The notes beneath the pieces were generated by a model that had not been told where the DNA came from, did no database searches, and saw only the letters and a program-made list of their open reading frames with translations. From Deltaproteobacteria bacterium (GTDB lineage Bacteria; JACQOV01), in contig JACQOV010000010.1 in NCBI GenBank assembly GCA_016202395.1, forward strand, positions 1 through 36,469: 36,469 nt of DNA. Direction: 5' to 3'. Made by a program: the position numbers and the translations under genes. Positions 15,953 through 25,098 of the stretch are shown here, piece after piece (position 1 is the stretch's first letter; the number at the start of each line of letters is the position of its first letter).

Positions 15953-18295
15953 CTAACTTTCTTTCATTGTCAAATCAGTTTTTTCGGAAACAATTGTTTC
16001 GACTCTAGCAAGCGAAGCCATACGAATGGGTTTGATCAACATTAACAATGCCGGTAAAACGATAACGTCTCCTACTAAAGCGGCCATAACTGCAATCCCA
16101 GAAAGAAGACCGAAATTGACCATCGGAACAAAAGACGAAAAAACGAGAACCCAAAAGCCTGCTGCCAATACGAAAGAAGTATAAACAATGGGCTGTCCTA
16201 CTTTTTCCATGGTTGCTCTCAGCGCTACACCATAATCCCCTTTCTGTGTTAATTCATGACGAAAACCATGGAGAAAATGGATTGTGTCATCGACTGCCAT
16301 AGAGATGACAATAGAGGCTATCGTACATGTCCCCATGTCCAGAAAAATCCCCCACTTCCCCATGACTCCCAAAATAATAACGACTGGAAAAACATTCGCG
16401 GGTATAGCAATCAAGGCTAACCGCCAGGATCGAAGAGCAATCATCAAAACAATGAAAATCAATACAAACGCCAACGCAAAACTCTGAATCTCTGTATCAA
16501 GAACCTCCACGGTCATTTTTTGGCCCAACCACAAGTCTCCTGTCAACTGAATATTGAGCTTTGGATCAAAATTCTGAGCTAGATGCTCTTTAATCTGCTC
16601 TGACATAGCGACAAATTCTTTGGAGGGCAAAATCTTTGAACGCGCCGTCACACGCATACGCTTTCCATCTGCTGAAAGATAACTCTTTATCCCCCTCTCA
16701 CCCCCCATATCTGCCACAAATATTAGCAATCGTTCAATAGAATTCTTTTCTGTAGGAATTGTATAGAAGCTGGGATCCCCTCCATGAAGTTCTTGATTGG
16801 TCTTCTTTAAAATATCGGCAAGCGAGAAACTTTTATCAATAGATGGAAAGCTCTCAAGATATTGTTGCAGTTCTTCCATCTGGTGTAACACAGGATACTC
16901 TAAAACTTCGCTACCGTCCTTGTAACCCACAGAAAACTCTACCGCAGGCCAATCACCAATCTTTTCGGTGACTAATCGCTCATGTTGCATGACTTCGCTA
17001 TTCTCTTTTAGAAATTGCAAATGATAGGTATCGACAATAACCCTAGAAACCCATGTCCCAAATAAGAGGACAAGAAGAAGAGCCCCAAGGAGAACGGGGC
17101 GCCGATATCTATCGGCAAAGCTCCCAAGAATAACGGTCAATTCCTTAATAACAGATCCTTCTTTTTTCATATGGGAGAGAGGATCCCACTTCAAACGACT
17201 CAAAGCTAAGGGAAGAAGTGTGAAAGTTAAGAGATAAGAAACAACGACTCCAAACGCAGAATACAATCCAAACTCCTGAACCGTAGTTACGGAACTCGTA
17301 AGCAAGGAGAGAAAACCTAGAGATGTCGTTACACTCGCCCACAAACAGGGAGTCGCTACTTGAGAAACTGCTTCTAACACAATATGATGTCGATCTTCTG
17401 TTGGCCTGAACCTTTGCCGATAAGCGCTCAATAAATGCGTACTATTTAAAACGCCATAGACAAGTAACAGCGGTAAGACCACTTCTGTCAATGGACTCAA
17501 AAACTTTCCAATGGCCGCAACAAACCCAAGAGTCCATATGACGCTAATACCCGCAATCATCAGTGGGGTTCCTGGAACCCATGAATTACGGAAGATATAA
17601 AATAAAACTAAAAAGATCATGAGCAACAAGATGGGCGTGATGATTCGATTATCTCGCTCGTAGGCTTCTTCCAATGAAACCTGATATACGGGGATTCCTC
17701 CTAAAAAAACCGTGAGCCCCTCTATCTTTTCTGCGTTCTCAATAATAGAGCGAAGCTCTTGAACCAATTCCCTCTTGTAGGTAGGGCTTGATGATTTCTT
17801 GAGAAGGATTAAGACATTGGTTGCTTTACCATCCTTAGCAATCAAAAAGGTCTTGTAATAAAGTGGATCGGAAAGGACTCGCTCTCTAACGGCTCCCATA
17901 TCTGAAGATTCAAGGGTAGATAGCTCATCTTCTAAAGAACCGACAACTAAAATCTCCCCCTGGTTATAGGCAGAGTTAAAATTAGTGACACTCAAGACTT
18001 GTTCAACCTGCGGAAGTTCCTCAAACTGGTGAGTCATCCGATCCACTAATCTCAATACGCGAAGATCAAAAACATCTTCATAAAAGTAGTGAACCGATAT
18101 AAATTCGTCCGTTCCAAACTCTTTATAAAAATCGTTATAGTACTGAAGGTCAGGATCATCGGGGTGAAATGTTGCAGCAATGTCTGTATTGACTTTTAAC
18201 TCTTGAAATTGCCAACCCAAGTAAATCGTTGGAATCAAAACAATGAGGATCGTTGCTAGAGCGTGGTCCAAAACCCAACGAACAATACGAACCAT
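15953..18295 (-). CDS. MMPL/RND family transporter
   Basis: 780 aa; two repeats of TM + soluble domain + 5 TM; AVDDTIHF and TTSLGFLSL...VQEFG motifs; GGAG RBS. Confidence 0.9.
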   Translation of the reverse strand: MVRIVRWVLDHALATILIVLIPTIYLGWQFQELKVNTDIAATFHPDDPDLQYYNDFYKEFGTDEFISVHYFYEDVFDLRVLRLVDRMTHQFEELPQVEQVLSVTNFNSAYNQGEILVVGSLEDELSTLESSDMGAVRERVLSDPLYYKTFLIAKDGKATNVLILLKKSSSPTYKRELVQELRSIIENAEKIEGLTVFLGGIPVYQVSLEEAYERDNRIITPILLLMIFLVLFYIFRNSWVPGTPLMIAGISVIWTLGFVAAIGKFLSPLTEVVLPLLLVYGVLNSTHLLSAYRQRFRPTEDRHHIVLEAVSQVATPCLWASVTTSLGFLSLLTSSVTTVQEFGLYSAFGVVVSYLLTFTLLPLALSRLKWDPLSHMKKEGSVIKELTVILGSFADRYRRPVLLGALLLVLLFGTWVSRVIVDTYHLQFLKENSEVMQHERLVTEKIGDWPAVEFSVGYKDGSEVLEYPVLHQMEELQQYLESFPSIDKSFSLADILKKTNQELHGGDPSFYTIPTEKNSIERLLIFVADMGGERGIKSYLSADGKRMRVTARSKILPSKEFVAMSEQIKEHLAQNFDPKLNIQLTGDLWLGQKMTVEVLDTEIQSFALAFVLIFIVLMIALRSWRLALIAIPANVFPVVIILGVMGKWGIFLDMGTCTIASIVISMAVDDTIHFLHGFRHELTQKGDYGVALRATMEKVGQPIVYTSFVLAAGFWVLVFSSFVPMVNFGLLSGIAVMAALVGDVIVLPALLMLIKPIRMASLARVETIVSEKTDLTMKES

Positions 18296-18343
18296 TTCAT
18301 CTCCCTTTCATTGATTTACACCAGAACATGATAAAACAACAGT

Positions 18344-19812
18344 TTAAGCAACCCTTGGCAACTCCATTTCTCTTTCCTCGACGAAACGCCCCGATGCATC
18401 ATATCTACCTTCTTCGACTTGTTTTAAATAAGGGATATAGGCTTGCATTTCTTGAAGGAACGACTTCATCATAAGGCGACGAAACCACTGGTAAAAACTC
18501 ACAACTATTTGGCCCTTAAAAAGGTTTGTTAAAATACTCCTCCAGGAGTAGAAGGAACGGTAAGCATCGTAAATGCCCTGCTGAAGCTCGCTGGGCTTTA
18601 TATTTTTTGGGAAATGAGTGATGAACTGGAGATTATAATAATCCCAATTCTTCTGAAATATCCTATCAGAAGAAATGACCCTCTCGGGTCCTTCTGGAAA
18701 CTCTGTGAGTACATTCATCATCATCCAACCTGCGCCACTTTTCTGAGTCCACTCTAAGGTTTGTTTAACGGTGTCTTTCGTGTCATTATCACTTCCTAAA
18801 ACAAAACCAGCACAAACTTGAATGCCATAACGACGAATCCTCTGTATCGAGTCTTCCACTTTTTCGATCGTCTGTTTTTTATCATAATCATCGAGTGTTT
18901 TATTATCAACGGATTCCACTCCCATAAATAACCAAGTAACACCTGCTCTTTTCATTAAATCGAGCATCTCTAAATCTTCAGCGACCTCATAGCGTGCAAA
19001 CACCAATGAATGTGACTTTACACCACTTTTGATGATCTCTTTTAAAACCGCTTTCGTCCTCTCTCGATTCACCCCAAAATAACTATCAAGAATAATGAGC
19101 CAGTTAGGAAAGCCAGGAAAGAAAGACGTCTTACTTCTTAAATCCTCTGCCACGGCTTCGGGACTTCGATGACGCATCGTCTTCATCCCGATCCGCCAAC
19201 AAAATTTGCACGGATAGGGACAACCACGTGAAGTTTCCAAAAAATGCGCATGGGCTTTGGCCTGAAGAAAAAGCTTGATAGGATTTAATTGTTGATAACC
19301 ACAAACTAACGAAAGGTCGGGAATTATATCAAAATTCTTTAAAAGTTCTCTCGAAGGATTATGGTAAGGCACGCCGTTTTTAATATAAGAAATTCCTTTT
19401 ACACCCTTCAAATCACCGCCATTGTTAAGCATTGTTAACAATTCTAAAATGGTTTCCTCCCCTTCTTCTCTAACCACATAATCTACATGCTGAATAGCAT
19501 CATCGGGTAACATCGATGCATGAGGTCCACCCAAAACAACGGGAATATTTCTACGTCCTTAATCCTTTGAACCATTTCATAAACGCAATTAACACTACAA
19601 GTAACAGCCGAGAAGCCGACTAAATCTGCTTGTAATACCCTTTCCCAAGGAATAGGAGCGATCCTCTCCATAAAAACCTCTACTTCATAACCCGCTTGTT
19701 TCAAAACGGTACCTATCAATGGCAATGCATTTTCGGTCATGTAAAAGCGTTTTTCAAAATCCGGGAATCGAGGATTCGGAGAAATAAGCGCAATTTTTTG
19801 GATAGGCTTCAC
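18344..19812 (-). pseudogene. B12-binding radical SAM enzyme (class B type) with a 1-nt frameshift near 19556 (true pseudogene or sequence error)
   Basis: The N-terminal frame from GTG 19812 (KIALISP...LPLIGTVLKQAGYEV...DLVGFS) joins the C-terminal frame (NIPVVLGGPHAS, VVREEGEET, ETSRGCPYPCKFC, MGVES) only if one base is restored at ATT AAG GA^CGT. Confidence 0.85.
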
Positions 19813-19855
19813 AGCAGAGCCCCCCCTATAGTTTGACCGGATCGCGTTCTGCCTG

Positions 19856-19884
19856 TTTGTACCACAGAACCTACTAAAACTCAA
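19856..19884 (-). promoter_or_regulatory. Possible sigma-70 promoter for the radical SAM cassette
   Basis: TTGAGT-17 nt-TACAAA with an extended -10 TG; weak match. Confidence 0.3.
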
Positions 19885-19975
19885 ACAAATTTTTAAACTT
19901 TAGCGAGCCCTTTTGACTCGATGCGTTACGATTCGCAATTCGCGCCGAACGGGGCGAATTCGAGCGGGGCCATGA

Positions 19976-20004
19976 TTGACTTGGCAGGGCCCCAATTCTA
20001 AAAT
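19976..20004 (+). promoter_or_regulatory. Sigma-70 promoter giving a probably leaderless transcript
   Basis: TTGACT-17 nt-TAAAAT; ATG 20011 begins at the 7th nt after the -10 box; no SD. Confidence 0.7.
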
Positions 20005-20010
20005 GAGATC

Positions 20011-21543
20011 ATGCGGGGATTTCTAGTTCCTATTTTGCTCCTTTTAACCTTCGCAGGTTGCTCCTCCAATTCAATCCCAAATGACACGCTTGTTGTTGGG
20101 ATCGAGTCCAATCCAACACAGCTCGATCCACGACTTGCGACCGATGCTTATTCCGTTCGAATCAGCCATCTTCTTTTCGATGGTCTTTTAAGATTTAATG
20201 AAAAAGGGGAGGCGATCCCTTGGATTGCTAAAAATTGGTTGAACCCGGATCCTTTGACTTATATCTTCACTCTTCGCTCCTCCATCTCTTTTCACGATGG
20301 AACCCCGTTGACGGCCTCTGATGTGGTCTACACCTTTGAAAGCATGAAGGACCCTCAACTCCGTTCCCCGAACCTCGCCACACTGGAGGCGCTCGATTCC
20401 GTCACCGCCACCCACGCCAACACCGTCGTTTTTAGATTGAAGGAGCCTTACATTCCATTTTTGCATCTCCTAGACATCGGGATCGTCCCGCAAAGGCAGG
20501 TGGAACAAGATCCTCAAGGTTTTCGTAAAAATCCGATTGGGACAGGGCCCTTTCAATTGGACGCCTGGAAAGTGGATGACGCGTTAGTTTTAACGGCCAA
20601 TCTCCATCATTTTTTAATCTCTCCCCATCTTAAAAAAGTGATCTTCAAGATTATCCCCAACGATACCACACGTCTCTTGGAGCTTCGAAAGGGATCCGTT
20701 GAATTTGTCCAAAATGCGGTGAGCCCCGATCTTCTCCCTTTTCTCTCCAGATCGAAACGCCTAGAGATCATCGAAACAGAAGGGACAAGCTACTCCTATC
20801 TCGGAATGAATCTCCAAGACTCTGTTTTAAAGAATCTTCAAGTGCGCCAAGCCATGGCCTATGCTTTAAATCGTGAAGAGATTGTTCAATATCTTCTAGA
20901 GAATAAAGCGGAGTTAGCCGCGGGGCCTCTCGCCCCTCCTATTTTTGGCCATACCGATTCAGTCGAAAAGTTTTTCCACGACCCTGAGAAGGCTAAGGCG
21001 CTCTTGGATGAAGCAGGCTATGAGGATCCCGATGGAGAAGGCCCTCTCCCCCGCTTCTCTCTCTCTTACAAAACCACCGATAATCCCCTTCGCAAACGGA
21101 TCGCCGAGGTTCTCAAATTGCAATTGGCCTCTGTCGGAATTGAACTTCAAGTGCGCACTTACGAGTGGGGAACCTTCTTTTCGGATATCCAGAAAGGAAA
21201 CTTTCAACTTTTCACCCTGACTTGGGTCGGAATCTCGGAGCCGGATATCCTCTACTACCTCTTTCATTCTAAAAGCGCCCCTCCCCAGGGGGCCAATCGA
21301 GGACATTATCAAAACGTTGAGGTAGATGCTTTGCTTGAAGAAGGCCGAAGGACCTTAGATCCTGAAGAGAGAAAAAAAATCTATCGAGAGGTTCAAAAGA
21401 TTCTTGCCGAGGATCTCCCTTACATCAGCCTCTGGTATCCTCACACCTTGATTGTCATGGATAAAAGAATTCGAGGATTTATTCCGTATCCGAATGGGGC
21501 CTTCGATTCCTTTATCCAAGTCCACAAGGAAACAGCATTATGA
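20011..21543 (+). CDS. Peptide ABC transporter substrate-binding lipoprotein (family 5, OppA/DppA-like)
   Basis: Lipobox FAGC; LDP, FHDGTPLTASDV and PIGTGPF motifs. Confidence 0.93.
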   Translation: MRGFLVPILLLLTFAGCSSNSIPNDTLVVGIESNPTQLDPRLATDAYSVRISHLLFDGLLRFNEKGEAIPWIAKNWLNPDPLTYIFTLRSSISFHDGTPLTASDVVYTFESMKDPQLRSPNLATLEALDSVTATHANTVVFRLKEPYIPFLHLLDIGIVPQRQVEQDPQGFRKNPIGTGPFQLDAWKVDDALVLTANLHHFLISPHLKKVIFKIIPNDTTRLLELRKGSVEFVQNAVSPDLLPFLSRSKRLEIIETEGTSYSYLGMNLQDSVLKNLQVRQAMAYALNREEIVQYLLENKAELAAGPLAPPIFGHTDSVEKFFHDPEKAKALLDEAGYEDPDGEGPLPRFSLSYKTTDNPLRKRIAEVLKLQLASVGIELQVRTYEWGTFFSDIQKGNFQLFTLTWVGISEPDILYYLFHSKSAPPQGANRGHYQNVEVDALLEEGRRTLDPEERKKIYREVQKILAEDLPYISLWYPHTLIVMDKRIRGFIPYPNGAFDSFIQVHKETAL

Positions 21544-22469
21544 AGAAAGGGATCCGGCGCCTCGCTTTATTTATACCCACCTTATGGGGGGCTGTGACGA
21601 TCGTCTTTCTACTCATTCACCTCACCCCGGGAGACCCTGTAGAGCTGATGTTGGGAGAGTATGCCTTATCCACAGACAAAGCGATGCTCCGCTCTGAACT
21701 GGGGTTGGATCAACCGATCCTCGCGCAATATTTTCGGTTCCTTCAAGGGCTCGCTCACGCCGATTTGGGCCACTCGTTTGCTTATCAAACCTCTGTTTTC
21801 TCGATTCTGATCGAGCGTTTCCCCGCAACGTTAGAGTTGGCTTTTGCTTCTCTTCTCATCGCGATACTCATCGCCCTCCCCTTGGGGATCGCGGCGGCGC
21901 TCCGTCCGAATTCGATGCAAGATCATCTCTGTCGTGGATTCTCTTTGCTGGGAGTTTCCATGCCCAATTTCTGGTTAGGTCCTCTTCTCATCCTGATTTT
22001 TTCGATTGGACTCAATGGACTCCCGGTCTCGGGACGAGAGGGCTTCACGAGCCTCATTCTCCCAGCGCTCACCCTCGGAACCTCCCTCTCGGGAATCCTC
22101 TCGAGGATGGTTCGAGCCAGTCTCCTAGACACCCTTGGAGAAGAATACATCCGTGCCGCCCATGCCCGAGGGATCCCTTTCCAACGCGTGATCCTGAAAC
22201 ATGCGCTAAAAAACTCACTCCTCCCGGTAGTCACCATCCTTGGGCTCCAAGCGGGAGCGCTCCTCTCGGGAGCTGTGATTACGGAAACGATCTTCTCTTG
22301 GCCAGGAGTGGGGCGACTTTTAATCCAAGGGATTCAGATGCGGGATTATCCACTCGTTCAGGGAACTGTTCTGTTTTTTTCTCTGAGTTATCTCCTAGTT
22401 CATCTTCTTGTCGATGCCACCATTGCCATCATTGACCCCAGAACAAAAGAGAGTGGAAAAGAATCATGA
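21540..22469 (+). CDS. Peptide ABC transporter permease (DppB/OppB-like)
   Basis: PGDPV, LGLDQP, RFPATLELA, SMPNFWLG, EAA loop YIRAAHARG, ETIFSWPGVG. Confidence 0.93.
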   Translation: MKKGIRRLALFIPTLWGAVTIVFLLIHLTPGDPVELMLGEYALSTDKAMLRSELGLDQPILAQYFRFLQGLAHADLGHSFAYQTSVFSILIERFPATLELAFASLLIAILIALPLGIAAALRPNSMQDHLCRGFSLLGVSMPNFWLGPLLILIFSIGLNGLPVSGREGFTSLILPALTLGTSLSGILSRMVRASLLDTLGEEYIRAAHARGIPFQRVILKHALKNSLLPVVTILGLQAGALLSGAVITETIFSWPGVGRLLIQGIQMRDYPLVQGTVLFFSLSYLLVHLLVDATIAIIDPRTKESGKES

Positions 22470-22476
22470 GGCGCCC

Positions 22477-23283
22477 ATGAAAAGTCTTCCTTTTCGCATC
22501 GCCTTTATCGCCCTTCTCTTTCTGGCTCTCGGAGGAGCTTTGGCCCCATGGGTGGCCCCCTATAATCCTGACACGATCACACTTTCGGAACAACTCTCCC
22601 CTCCCAATAGCGAGCATTGGTTCGGCCAAGATCGTTTGGGAAGGGATATCCTCAGCCGCTGGCTTTACTCCGCTCGTCTCTCCCTCTCGATCAGTTTTTT
22701 TGTGGTTCTTCTTTCACTCACGTTTGGCGCGTTGATTGGAATGATCTCTGGATATCGCGGCGGTTGGCTGGACGAGATCCTCATGAGGATGGTCGACATC
22801 TTGCTCGCTTTTCCCGGCCTCCTCCTCGCCATTGCTTTGACGGCGGTCATGGGCCCCAGTCTTTTCAATATCATTTTTGCTCTTTCACTTCTCGGCTGGA
22901 CCAGCTACGCGCGCTTGGCTCGAACCCAAACGTTGAGCCTCAAAAATCGAGATTATATCCAAGCGACTCAAGCTCTGGGGACTCCGATCCGTCGAATCTT
23001 CTTAAAACACCTTCTTCCGAATCTCGCGGGGCCTCTCTTGGTCCAAGCAACGTTCAGTTTAGCCGGCGTTATTTTGGCTGAATCGAGCCTGAGCTTCCTG
23101 GGACTAGGTCCTCAAAATCATCCTACCTGGGGTGGGATGTTGAGTGAAGGGGTCGAATACCTATTCCGAGCCCCCACCTTGTCAATCTTTCCTGGCATCG
23201 CTATAATGGCCTCGGTCCTTTCACTCAATATCTTGGGAGATCAGTTACGGGATAAGCTGGACCCTAAATCAAAACATCTATGA
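22477..23283 (+). CDS. Peptide ABC transporter permease (DppC/OppC-like)
   Basis: HWFGQDRLGRDI, HLLPN, ESSLSFLGLG, PTWGGML, GDQLRDKLDP; ATG 22477 with GAGG RBS. Confidence 0.93.
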   Translation: MKSLPFRIAFIALLFLALGGALAPWVAPYNPDTITLSEQLSPPNSEHWFGQDRLGRDILSRWLYSARLSLSISFFVVLLSLTFGALIGMISGYRGGWLDEILMRMVDILLAFPGLLLAIALTAVMGPSLFNIIFALSLLGWTSYARLARTQTLSLKNRDYIQATQALGTPIRRIFLKHLLPNLAGPLLVQATFSLAGVILAESSLSFLGLGPQNHPTWGGMLSEGVEYLFRAPTLSIFPGIAIMASVLSLNILGDQLRDKLDPKSKHL

Positions 23284-24371
23284 GCATTTCAATCCGACAG
23301 TTGGCAGCGGAACATTTTGTTGTCGGTTTCAAAGAAACCTCCTTTACCCTCTCCCTCCAAAAATGGATTCAAGAAAATCGTTGGGGAGGCTACATCCTTT
23401 TCAGCGAAAATTATGAGTCCCCTCAACAGCTTTATCAACTCTGTCAGGGGATCAAGAAGGAGTATCCCGCTCCCCCTTTTCTCTCGGTCGATCAAGAGGG
23501 GGGACCGGTGCTGCGGTTTAGAGAGAAGTTTACAAAACTGCCTTCGGCGCGCGACATTGGAAAGGCCTACGGAAGATCAAAAAATGTGAGTTGCGCCTAT
23601 CAATGTGGAACCATTGCGGCAAAAGAGCTCGCAACGGTTGGCATCAATTGGGATCTAGCCCCTGTTTTAGATGCCTCCAACAACCCTGAAAACACGGTGA
23701 TCGGGGGTCGCGCATTTAGTGATAAACCTTACGTGGTAAGTGTTCTAGGGCTTGCTTTTATCGCCGGGCTGCAAGACAACGGTGTCATGGCTTGCGGCAA
23801 GCATTTTCCGGGACATGGATGCACCACCGAGGATTCCCATCACGTTCTACCCAGAGTGGAATACTCCTCCCAACGGCTCGCAACGATGGAGATGGAACCG
23901 TTCCTTCGAGCGATCGAAAATGGAATTTTCTCTCTCATGACGGCTCACGTTCTCTATCCCAATTTGGATTCTGAAAAACCGGCCTCCCTTTCCAAAAAAA
24001 TTCAAACTCAATTGATTCGAAAACAGAAACGATTCGAGGGGATTCTCGTGACCGACGATCTAGCGATGAAAGCGATCACACTGCACCAATCGATTCCAGA
24101 AGCAACCCTTGACGCCATCCTAGCGGGAACAGATATGGTATTGCTTCGTGGAGATTCCGATGCTCAGGCTTCGGCTCTCGCAGCGGTGACGCAGGAGGCA
24201 GAAAGAAGTCCAGCATTCCGATCCAAACTTGAGAATTCCAGCCATCGTCTTCAACGCATCCAAAAAGAATATCTTTCGAGACGAAATGAATATGAAGGGA
24301 ACCTCTCGTTGATTGGCTGTCCAGACCATCAAAACTATATCGTTGAGTTGTTGGAGGGTTATGAAACCTAA
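23280..24371 (+). CDS. nagZ: Beta-N-acetylhexosaminidase (GH3)
   Basis: VDQEGG, NagZ signature KHFPGHG....DSH, MTAHV, nucleophile TDDLAM. Confidence 0.92.
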   Translation: MSISIRQLAAEHFVVGFKETSFTLSLQKWIQENRWGGYILFSENYESPQQLYQLCQGIKKEYPAPPFLSVDQEGGPVLRFREKFTKLPSARDIGKAYGRSKNVSCAYQCGTIAAKELATVGINWDLAPVLDASNNPENTVIGGRAFSDKPYVVSVLGLAFIAGLQDNGVMACGKHFPGHGCTTEDSHHVLPRVEYSSQRLATMEMEPFLRAIENGIFSLMTAHVLYPNLDSEKPASLSKKIQTQLIRKQKRFEGILVTDDLAMKAITLHQSIPEATLDAILAGTDMVLLRGDSDAQASALAAVTQEAERSPAFRSKLENSSHRLQRIQKEYLSRRNEYEGNLSLIGCPDHQNYIVELLEGYET

Positions 24372-25095
24372 AATTGGCGTTACTGCAGACTTCGACCGAA
24401 CATCCATTCCTCTTCGACCTGGAGAGCCCGGTTCTTACTTCGTTCGTGAAGCCTACATCCGATCTCTGGCCGAGGCAGGAGCCATTCCAGTGATTCTCCC
24501 CTATCTTCAAGATCGAAATTCAATCCGAACGGTAGTCTCTAGTCTTCAAGGAATTCTGCTCACCGGAGGAGACTTTGACATCGATCCTCAATTCTACGGG
24601 GAAAAGCCCCATCCAAAACTTGGAAAACTCCTGAGGGAAAGAACCCATTTTGAGATGGAGATGGCTAGGGCTGCGATGCATCGGGATCTGCCAATTCTCG
24701 GAATCTGTGGCGGTGAGCAAGTAATCAATGTTTTATTAGGAGGCTCTCTCTACCAAGATATTGTAAGCCAGCTCCCTCAAACTCATCCCCACCAAACCTC
24801 TAAAGAGGGAAAGAGGACGTTTCATCCTGTTCTCATTCAACCCAGGACAAAACTCAGCCGTATTCTTGGGGCTCAGCCGCTCACAGTGAACAGCACTCAT
24901 CACCAGGCGATTAAAATACTTGGGAAAAGATTAAAAGCCAACGCCCTTGCAAAAGATGGAGTGATTGAAGGGTTTGAATCCCCTCGACACCGATTCCTGA
25001 TCGGGATTCAATGGCACCCGGAGCTCTTAATCGAGCGGGATCCTAGACATCTAAAACTCTTCAAAGCCTTTGTCCAAGCGACTCGAAGTTCGTAG
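24361..25095 (+). CDS. Peptidase C26 / gamma-glutamyl hydrolase family (class I glutamine amidotransferase fold)
   Basis: KPKIGV, LLTGG.FDIDP..YG, LGICGG, VNSTHHQA, QWHPE. Confidence 0.9.
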   Translation: MKPKIGVTADFDRTSIPLRPGEPGSYFVREAYIRSLAEAGAIPVILPYLQDRNSIRTVVSSLQGILLTGGDFDIDPQFYGEKPHPKLGKLLRERTHFEMEMARAAMHRDLPILGICGGEQVINVLLGGSLYQDIVSQLPQTHPHQTSKEGKRTFHPVLIQPRTKLSRILGAQPLTVNSTHHQAIKILGKRLKANALAKDGVIEGFESPRHRFLIGIQWHPELLIERDPRHLKLFKAFVQATRSS

Positions 25096-25098
25096 TCT

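Noticed and set aside
10395-19812. tRNA-anchored genomic island or prophage
   Set aside because: No integrase, and I found no duplicated tRNA 3' end in the window.
18344-19812. Naming the enzyme/transporter pair hpnP or hpnJ with hpnN
   Set aside because: Only family-level similarity is visible and no hopanoid synthesis genes are in the window; a specific name is unsupported.
19813-20010. Cobalamin riboswitch upstream of the B12 radical SAM gene
   Set aside because: No B12-box or conserved core recognisable by eye, and the space is largely taken by two promoters.
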